Of a stretch of DNA of 64,000 nt, positions 57,031 through 64,000 are shown in pieces. Source of the DNA: a virus (lineage: Duplodnaviria > Caudoviricetes); the IMG/VR virus record IMGVR_UViG_3300028591_000079, positions 64,001 through 128,000 of that record. One strand, 5' to 3'. Both the position numbers and the translations under genes were made by a program. Under the pieces are notes generated by a model that ran no database searches, had not been told where the DNA came from, and saw only the letters and a program-made list of their open reading frames with translations. Positions within the stretch are counted from its first letter, which is position 1; each line of letters begins with the position of its first letter.

Positions 57031-57897
57031 ATGGCAATAAAAATACAATCTTCTCTTAATGAAATCGACGTGGAAATGGGCAATATACTACTAAAAGAAA
57101 TGAGAATTGCCGATACACGAACCATAGAAAAAACTCAAACACCTTTATGGGATAGCGATAATGTTATTTTAGTAGACGAACTTGAAATAGAAGAAATATT
57201 CCGTGCGTGGCTTATCAAAAATTCCAAAAAGAAAGTAGACGTTCAATATCCAATCTTAGCATACGCACCTAATGATATTGATGAAGTTTTCTACGGAACT
57301 GGCAATCGTGTGCAGCAATGGGAATTTGTAACAGAAACTAAAGATGAATCGTGGGCAGTAGGCGATCTTGTTTGGGTTATCGATGGCTTTTATAGAGGAG
57401 ACCAAGGAACGATTACAGAAATCAATCTAGAAAAGAAAACAGCCAAAGTCAATATGGGTGGCGATAATGTTTATGAATTTCCTTTTGATCAACTAAGACC
57501 AACAGGAGAAAAATTACCACAAAAATTCAAAGCAAAACAAATTATCACATCCTACGACTCCGTTATTCTGTGCGAACAAAAACAAGAAGCAAGATATTTT
57601 ATGAACAATTTTATTTTACGCTGCGCAGATGGACAAATATGGCACCCTTTCAATTCTGATATACTAAATGGTTCTGAACTTCATATCTTTACAGTCTTTG
57701 GAATTCCTAATATGAAAAAATACCCAACTTCAGACGCAAAACTAAAAGGTGCAGGTTATATCTATGGTGTTTCATTTAGGACTCAAGTTTGGGCTTATCT
57801 TACAGACTTCCCAGTTCCAAATGGCTTTATTGAACAAATTAGAGAAAATATTCATGTTGAAACAGATGGATTAGTACAAAAAATCGTCATCAACTAA
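57031..57897 (+). CDS. putative tail completion/neck protein with inserted KOW domain
   Basis: YPILAY motif, late-gene context; NusG-like KOW insert. Confidence 0.5.
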   Translation: MAIKIQSSLNEIDVEMGNILLKEMRIADTRTIEKTQTPLWDSDNVILVDELEIEEIFRAWLIKNSKKKVDVQYPILAYAPNDIDEVFYGTGNRVQQWEFVTETKDESWAVGDLVWVIDGFYRGDQGTITEINLEKKTAKVNMGGDNVYEFPFDQLRPTGEKLPQKFKAKQIITSYDSVILCEQKQEARYFMNNFILRCADGQIWHPFNSDILNGSELHIFTVFGIPNMKKYPTSDAKLKGAGYIYGVSFRTQVWAYLTDFPVPNGFIEQIRENIHVETDGLVQKIVIN

Positions 57898-57918
57898 TTC
57901 ATACAAAACATTAATTCT

Positions 57919-57956
57919 AAAATCTCACACCTTAATTATTTTCGTGAGATTTTTTT
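57919..57956 (+). terminator. intrinsic terminator
   Basis: AAAATCTCAC/GTGAGATTTT + T tract. Confidence 0.65.
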
Positions 57957-58064
57957 ATTTTGTTGTTAGTTCTATTTTATCAGAAGTACTAGTTTTTATC
58001 TAAATTATGAATCCTAGTCTTTGAGTATAACGTTAAACATAAATTTTATAAAAAAGGTATTATA

Positions 58065-59138
58065 ATGAAATATTTATCAAGATTCCGTGCACGTCAAGCA
58101 TTGGATAAATTGAAAGAATCAAAGGCTTGGATTGCTTCTAAGAAATTGGTTCTTGAAACCGAAGAAGGTGATTTGGAAATCGAAAAAGGTCAAGAAGTTG
58201 TACTTGGTGCAACAAAAGAAGGCAATGTTGCAATCAAGGACCCAACTGCAATTGTTGTTGTAACTGATGATGAATTGGCTTCAAAAATCGTTGATGCAAT
58301 GAAAAATGCAGAAGATTTGGGTGATGTTAAATTCTTAGACCGTCCAGCTTTGGATTCAGCATTAGATGGTGAAACAGTTGAAGATTTGGTTGCTGGATTG
58401 GCAGATGCAGAAGAAGATTCTGACGAAGTTGAAGTTGCAACAGTTGACGCAGAAGAAGACTCATCTGTTGAAGAAAAATGTGAAAAGATTGCTGAAAACG
58501 TAATTCCATTGACTGGTAAAGTTTTGGAATGTGAAGCTATCCAAATCGCAGAAGATGATGATGCACCAATTAATTTGGGTGATGTAACTGCAGACGCTGG
58601 TTGTGCAGAAGATGTTTTGTCTTATGATGACTTTACAGCAAAAGTTGCAGAATTCGGCGGATCAGTTCAACCAGGCGAAAAAGAAATTGCTCTAAATGCC
58701 GAAGGCAAGGTTGTTGGTTACTGGGATGCAGAAGCTAATACCGGTAAAGTATTCAACTGCGAATTTGATAATGCTGAAGATATGATGAATGCAAACACAG
58801 ATCCAGTCGCAGCAATGGGACCAGCAGAATTTGAAGCAGGTTTGGATGCTGATAAATTAGAATCTGTTGAAGAAGCATTGAAAACATATGAAGAATCAGC
58901 AAAATCAGCTAAAGATTTGTTTGCAATGACAGAATCCTTAGAAAAAGTTGGGTTAGAAGAAAGCGCAATTGCAACAGTTGCAGGTTCATTTGTTTCTCGC
59001 TCAATGAAAGAAGGCGTTGCAGTGTTCGATACCAAATTGGGTAAAACAGTTGCAAAATTCACAGAATCAGTTGATGCTAATAATTACATTGCAGAATCTG
59101 GTGAAGAATCTCGCTTTACAAAACGTTTCTTCAAATAA
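58065..59138 (+). CDS. acidic prohead core/scaffold-like protein
   Basis: E/D/A-rich, biased codon use, repeated (L/M/F/I)xES motifs. Confidence 0.55.
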   Translation: MKYLSRFRARQALDKLKESKAWIASKKLVLETEEGDLEIEKGQEVVLGATKEGNVAIKDPTAIVVVTDDELASKIVDAMKNAEDLGDVKFLDRPALDSALDGETVEDLVAGLADAEEDSDEVEVATVDAEEDSSVEEKCEKIAENVIPLTGKVLECEAIQIAEDDDAPINLGDVTADAGCAEDVLSYDDFTAKVAEFGGSVQPGEKEIALNAEGKVVGYWDAEANTGKVFNCEFDNAEDMMNANTDPVAAMGPAEFEAGLDADKLESVEEALKTYEESAKSAKDLFAMTESLEKVGLEESAIATVAGSFVSRSMKEGVAVFDTKLGKTVAKFTESVDANNYIAESGEESRFTKRFFK

Positions 59139-59163
59139 TATTGTAAGAAAATGTTATAAAATC

Positions 59164-59199
59164 AATCCTCCTATTATTTTGAGTAGGAGGATTTTTTTT
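59164..59199 (+). terminator. intrinsic terminator
   Basis: AATCCTCCTATT/AGTAGGAGGATT + T tract. Confidence 0.8.
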
Positions 59200-59297
59200 G
59201 AATTTTATAAAATATAATTAAAAACAATAAAAGTATGATTAAGTTTTTTTTAGTAGTTCTATAAATATGTAAAACTTTAGAGAGGAGCAAGCGTGAA

Positions 59298-59555
59298 ATG
59301 TATTTAGTACGTGAGGTTAAGAACGGATTTTTTGTAGATTATAAAGTAAAGGGACATTTGGTTGAATCATTTTTTGTTACGATTTCACCTAAGAAAGAGT
59401 GTTCCTGTAAATATTTTGCAGAGTCCCACAATCACTACAATCATTTTCACATCAATTTAGTAGAGCGTTGGATAAGGGATGGAAAACCGAAATCAGCGAT
59501 GTATGAAAAAACTAAAGATGGGAAGATAAGTGTACTATTTGAAGGGATAAAGTAA
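59298..59555 (+). CDS. small SWIM-like zinc-binding protein
   Basis: ECSCKYF...HFHI. Confidence 0.6.
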   Translation: MYLVREVKNGFFVDYKVKGHLVESFFVTISPKKECSCKYFAESHNHYNHFHINLVERWIRDGKPKSAMYEKTKDGKISVLFEGIK

Positions 59556-59696
59556 GATGGAAAAACAACCGCTAATCTATAAAGAATTTGAAGCTCTAAT
59601 GAAAAGGTATGAACATAGGAAAAAAAATAGAATTCATAAAGAGCACGTAAATCCATTTAAATATAAAAAAGTGTTTAATAACAAAGGAAAATAAAC

Positions 59697-60368
59697 ATGA
59701 GCAAAATGAGAGAAAGAGTGATGGCGATGCTAGAAGAAGTTCAAAGCTCAGCAGACATCATTGATACAAATACTACAAGCTGGGAAAGCAGAAAACTAGA
59801 TCGTGGCGAAGGTGCTTTTTCTACAGATGAGGTTACAGATTTAGGAAATATAGATCGTAATCGCATTAATCATGAACTACCAATGGATGTGTCAGATCAC
59901 AATGAAGATTTAGATCCTGAGAAAAAAGTTGTTGCAGGCATGAGCTCTATAATGATTGGTGTTTCTGAATCTAAATTTGCTCAAGATGTTAAAAAAGTAT
60001 TACAAGAACAAGATTGGGAAGGCGTAAAAGCTTGGAATCCTGATACTCGTATTGCCGCTTATCAAGTAAAACGTGCTTTAGATTCAGCATGCCCAGGTGT
60101 AAAAGGCATTCAAGTTGAAGAAGAATTGGTGGGAGAACAAGGTGAAGGTATAGCTTTTAATGTTACTGGTGGTGTAGATTGGGATCAATATGGCGAAGAT
60201 CAACAATTACCAAAAAAGCTAGATGTAGAAAATGTACAACTGGAATTAGTAGAAGAGCCTGAAGAATTTGATCACGGCATCGAAAATGTATCCAATAGAA
60301 AAAAACATTTATACAGAGTTGTAGGTACTAATTCTGTATTTCCTATTCCAACAGACGATGCTTTATAA
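59697..60368 (+). CDS. acidic virion/head-associated protein
   Basis: late context, acidic. Confidence 0.65.
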   Translation: MSKMRERVMAMLEEVQSSADIIDTNTTSWESRKLDRGEGAFSTDEVTDLGNIDRNRINHELPMDVSDHNEDLDPEKKVVAGMSSIMIGVSESKFAQDVKKVLQEQDWEGVKAWNPDTRIAAYQVKRALDSACPGVKGIQVEEELVGEQGEGIAFNVTGGVDWDQYGEDQQLPKKLDVENVQLELVEEPEEFDHGIENVSNRKKHLYRVVGTNSVFPIPTDDAL

Positions 60369-60381
60369 TAAGGATTGAGTA

Positions 60382-60783
60382 ATGGACGATTTCAATATAG
60401 AAGATTACAAAATTCACAATCCAGGCAACGATTTTGAAATGACTTATCGTGATGCTGTTGATCATTTGGAACGTGCTGTGAAATTTTTAGAAGATACACA
60501 CAAGAATCATTTTTTATTGGGTGTAGCAAGACAATTATTAGATGATGCAAAAGCTAAAAATCCCGATGATCAAGCTGATTTTGCTACTGTGAATTTTATT
60601 GCAGATTTTGGTAACCCAGAGATGATGGATAAACTAGCAGGTGAAGAAAAAACCGAAGATACTTGCGATTGGGTTAGAGCAAATAGTGTTTATAGCATGA
60701 GAGATGTTCCAGAATCTGCTCCTTCTAGATTTCGTGCATTATGTGAAGAAGAAATAGCAAAATTCAAAGATGTTCAGGGATAA
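60382..60783 (+). CDS. hypothetical late protein
   Basis: ORF packing. Confidence 0.7.
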   Translation: MDDFNIEDYKIHNPGNDFEMTYRDAVDHLERAVKFLEDTHKNHFLLGVARQLLDDAKAKNPDDQADFATVNFIADFGNPEMMDKLAGEEKTEDTCDWVRANSVYSMRDVPESAPSRFRALCEEEIAKFKDVQG

Positions 60784-61327
60784 GGTAGAACAGATTTTAA
60801 AAGAGTATGATGACTTCAAGCCTGGAGATATAGTCCGGCTTGATCTTTGGTTTGGAAGGATACTAGAACATATTCAACCAGATGTATATAAAGTTTCTGT
60901 TGCTACACCGGATGGAATTCAAACAAAAGAAATATCAAAAGACCAAATGCAATTATCTTATCCCATTGAAGTTGTTACGAATTGGAATGGGTGCGGAGGA
61001 AATACAACGGATATATTAACAGATGAAGAGTGGAATCAAATAAAAGCAAATCATCCGGAAATATATAAAGATTGTTTAAAAAAAGTAGCAATGAATACAA
61101 ATTATGGGAGCTTATTGGAAGACTGGATTTTTGAGTTCTTAATGAGTAATAAAAATCCAAAGCAAGGCAAACCAGGAAGCGTTATTGATGCCGTAAAAGA
61201 TGCAAACTTCGGACCAATAATGAAATATGTAAATCCTGGAGAACAATTACATGATGCGATAATAAGACTTTGGAAAGAAGCTTTATATGTATCAGACGAC
61301 AAGAGAAATGTTTTTATGTCATACTAA
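60770..61327 (+). CDS. hypothetical late protein with SH3/KOW-like N-domain
   Basis: FKPGDIVRL...GRI. Confidence 0.6.
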   Translation: MFRDKVEQILKEYDDFKPGDIVRLDLWFGRILEHIQPDVYKVSVATPDGIQTKEISKDQMQLSYPIEVVTNWNGCGGNTTDILTDEEWNQIKANHPEIYKDCLKKVAMNTNYGSLLEDWIFEFLMSNKNPKQGKPGSVIDAVKDANFGPIMKYVNPGEQLHDAIIRLWKEALYVSDDKRNVFMSY

Positions 61328-61339
61328 AGGAAAATAATA

Positions 61340-62086
61340 ATGGCATTTATAAAGAAACAAAAATTAGTAGAAGAAACAAAAGAAGAACCAGTAGTAGAAA
61401 CAATTACTGAGTCCGTAGAAGATAATTTACAAAGTGCAATGTTAGAAGTTGTTGCAGATGAATTATCTTATGTTGCAAAACTAAATCGTATGATAGAATT
61501 AGCAGAACAAGCAGATAAAGAAGATTTGGTTGCAGTTCTCAAAAAGTCTCGTGCATCTATGAAAAGCAATATTGCAGAGGTTTATAGCAAAAGTAAAAAA
61601 ATTCTTGGTCTAACTGAAGATGAAAAAGAAGAAGTTACCGAAGCTGTTGATCCAAGTAAATTATATGATGGAGAAAAAGTAGCAGATATTATTTCAGATT
61701 ATACTGTTGATCTTATTGGAACAGAAGCAGCAAATGATTTAGAAATGATTGCACATAGCTTTTATACAGGTGAAGATTATACCGCTGAACAAATAGATGC
61801 TGAACTAAATAAATACCAAATAGATCCAGCAACTCGTGAAGCAATAGAAACAGAAATATCACAGCTACCGGATGCAAAACTATCAAGACAACAAGAATTC
61901 AAATCAGACCTAGACTCAGATATATCAACTTTAGAAAACATTAAAGATGATCTAGGAACATTTGCAGCCCAATCTCGTCTAACCGACCTTATCTTGGCAC
62001 TAAAAAATATTGAATATGATGGTCGTCCTGGAGTTGCTTGGGGAAAAAATGATTATGGTCAAGGTAAAGGTTCAATTATAGCATAA
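61340..62086 (+). CDS. acidic helical head-associated protein
   Basis: LVEE, ITES, VTEA motifs. Confidence 0.65.
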   Translation: MAFIKKQKLVEETKEEPVVETITESVEDNLQSAMLEVVADELSYVAKLNRMIELAEQADKEDLVAVLKKSRASMKSNIAEVYSKSKKILGLTEDEKEEVTEAVDPSKLYDGEKVADIISDYTVDLIGTEAANDLEMIAHSFYTGEDYTAEQIDAELNKYQIDPATREAIETEISQLPDAKLSRQQEFKSDLDSDISTLENIKDDLGTFAAQSRLTDLILALKNIEYDGRPGVAWGKNDYGQGKGSIIA

Positions 62087-62098
62087 GGAAGTACAACT

Positions 62099-62863
62099 AT
62101 GGCATTTCGTGAATTAGTAGTCGAAGCAATAAAAAAATCTACAGTTATGGCTAATAGTATTATTCGCCGTATGAATGTAGCTGAATGGAAAAATATATCT
62201 CGCATGACAGAAATGGATGCAGATTATATTTCAGATTTAGCTTCTTTTCATATGCCAACTTTCGATGACTTAAAAGACGATGAAAAACAAGAAGTAATTG
62301 AAAAAGTATGGAATAAACTAAAATCAGGAGAAAAACCAGAAGAAGTAATGGAAGCAAATCCTGAAGAAACACCATTGTCACAATCAGAACTCAAACAAAA
62401 AATTATGGACTATGTAAAACAAAATGGTGCTGTATTATATCCATTAGAACAAGCCGCAGAAGAATTGGCAAAATCATTATCAAATCAAAAAGAAGAATGC
62501 GGCTGTAATTGTAAAGAAGGCGAAGAAAAATGTAAGTGCTGTGGTGAATCTCCTTGCAAATGTGGACCAGATTGTGAATGTAAATGTAACAAAAAAGAAT
62601 CTGTAACTGAAGCTGTCATGAACGATATTCCACATGAGATTGATGACCAAATTCATACATTAAAAGATATGAGATTTGAATTAGAACAAACAAAAAAGAA
62701 TTGGAATATCGCCGGAGTAGAAACACAACCAATGGATCAAGTCTTAAAAGATATTGATGGGCTAATTGCAAGTCTGTATCAAAACGGTGCAAAAATGGCT
62801 GATGATGAAATTTCAAAAGGCACATCAGAAACAGAACAAAATATAGAAAAAGATGAAGAATAA
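62099..62863 (+). CDS. acidic head-associated protein with Cys-rich insert
   Basis: 11 Cys in 30 aa. Confidence 0.65.
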   Translation: MAFRELVVEAIKKSTVMANSIIRRMNVAEWKNISRMTEMDADYISDLASFHMPTFDDLKDDEKQEVIEKVWNKLKSGEKPEEVMEANPEETPLSQSELKQKIMDYVKQNGAVLYPLEQAAEELAKSLSNQKEECGCNCKEGEEKCKCCGESPCKCGPDCECKCNKKESVTEAVMNDIPHEIDDQIHTLKDMRFELEQTKKNWNIAGVETQPMDQVLKDIDGLIASLYQNGAKMADDEISKGTSETEQNIEKDEE

Positions 62864-62902
62864 AACTCTATTTAGAACAACAAATAATCAAAAAATATCG
62901 TG

Positions 62903-62910
62903 AGTTCTAT
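62903..62910 (+). promoter_or_regulatory. putative late promoter box AGTTCTAT (one of about 15)
   Basis: recurs upstream of late operons, always co-oriented. Confidence 0.65.
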
Positions 62911-62946
62911 AGATAAGAGTTATAAAACAAAATAAGGATTTATAAA

Positions 62947-64000
62947 ATGGCAATTGTTGGAAACTTCCCTGGCGTATACCCAACCATTACTGATTTATCT
63001 CAGGTGGTTACTGCAAATTCTGTTACTTCATGTGCTTATGTTGGCGAAGCAGAGTTTGGACCAATAAATACACCAACTCTTATAACAAATAAAAAAGGTT
63101 ATGTAGATCGTTTTGGCGCAATAAATTCAAAATATGGCTATATGGGATATTCATTGGCTGTAGCCGCAGATGCAATTGGTCAACACTACATTGTGCGCGT
63201 TGTAAATGAGGACACTGCGCGTTATGGTCAAGCTAGCGTTGCATTAACCGGAGAGTCAGTTGAACAACCAGAAGATGGTTTGACAATTTCTTATGTAAAA
63301 TCTGCAGATAAAGACTCTGGATATCTATTTACCAATGGTGATGAAACAATAACTTATGATACAAAAACTGCATTCAAGATTGTTTCACAAAACCCAAATA
63401 ATAAAAAAATAGTTGTTCAATTAGAAGATTCTACAATAAACACAAATAAAACATATAAATCCTTAAAAACAACAATTGCAGATAATCAAGTAAAAGTTAC
63501 AGTTCAAGATGAGGGCGTTTTTGAGGCAGGTGATACAATTATTGTTACCTGCCCACAATGGCTTGTTGATGTCAAAAATGATGATGGTGAGATTGTTGAG
63601 CAAATTCCTTATGAAAAACGTTTTACTGTTGAGTCTATTGGAAAAAGTTATTACTATACAGCAGAAGTAACCAACGGTGGAAATACCGACGGAGAGCATC
63701 CATACAATGTTGGAGATATTTTGACTTTGGTTGGTGCAACACTAACACCAGACCCAGAAACACAACAAGAAAGAACATTACAATGTCAAGTTGCAACAGT
63801 TGAAAATGGTGTGGTAAAAACAGTAAAAGTTTTAACCGGTTCTGATTATAACAAATTAGAATCTGAGTCTGCAAGCGGATTTTCGACAACTGGCGAAACT
63901 AGTGGAACTGGATGTGTTATAAAAATTAATAACAAAGAAAAATCTGATGTTGTAATTTATAATGATACAGAAACACATACGCCAAGTTCCGTTAGTACAC
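62947..64000 (+). CDS. tail sheath protein (runs off window end; not in ORF track)
   Basis: MAIVGNFPGVYPTITDLS...AYVGEAEFGPINTPTLIT...RFG...YIVRVV. Confidence 0.9.
   Translation, partial: MAIVGNFPGVYPTITDLSQVVTANSVTSCAYVGEAEFGPINTPTLITNKKGYVDRFGAINSKYGYMGYSLAVAADAIGQHYIVRVVNEDTARYGQASVALTGESVEQPEDGLTISYVKSADKDSGYLFTNGDETITYDTKTAFKIVSQNPNNKKIVVQLEDSTINTNKTYKSLKTTIADNQVKVTVQDEGVFEAGDTIIVTCPQWLVDVKNDDGEIVEQIPYEKRFTVESIGKSYYYTAEVTNGGNTDGEHPYNVGDILTLVGATLTPDPETQQERTLQCQVATVENGVVKTVKVLTGSDYNKLESESASGFSTTGETSGTGCVIKINNKEKSDVVIYNDTETHTPSSVST

Noticed and set aside
1-64000. Stop-codon recoding
   Set aside because: Long genes are intact under the standard code, TAG and TGA end genes at sensible junctions, and there is no suppressor tRNA.

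Overview
AT-rich 64-kb segment of a large lytic myovirus genome (T4-like or jumbo style). Standard genetic code; no integrase, CRISPR array or reverse transcriptase seen. Layout: (1) 1-17.3 kb: leftward early arm of small ORFs with strong AGGAG RBSs, including a MoxR-type AAA ATPase/VWA-metallopeptidase pair, a SWIM protein and a DUF1281-like protein. (2) 17.0-18.15 kb: divergent non-coding control region with phased repeats, five AGTATATACT palindromes, duplicated promoters and a G/C-skew flip. (3) 18.1-25 kb: about 12 otherwise dissimilar proteins sharing a C-terminal acidic/Leu helix. (4) 25-39 kb: accessory genes (L,D-transpeptidase, 7 tRNAs interrupted by an endonuclease, thermonuclease, M16 peptidase, double AAA ATPase, DUF262 protein, holin-like genes plus an acyl carrier protein, MTase/nuclease pair, SleB hydrolase). 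(5) 39.7-51.5 kb: two divergent clusters of modular tail-fibre genes around a UvsW-like helicase. (6) 51.6-64 kb: late genes ending in a truncated tail sheath gene. Best leads: the shared C-terminal tag array; four candidate structured RNAs (double pseudoknot with an anti-RBS tract, kissing-loop RNA, SleB leader, 38.7-kb RNA); tRNAs with rewired T-loop/D-loop elbows and an A34 tRNA-Leu; and two promoter signatures (AGTTCTA late box, TAATTAAA spacer box). All calls are by eye from motifs; no searches or folding programs were run.
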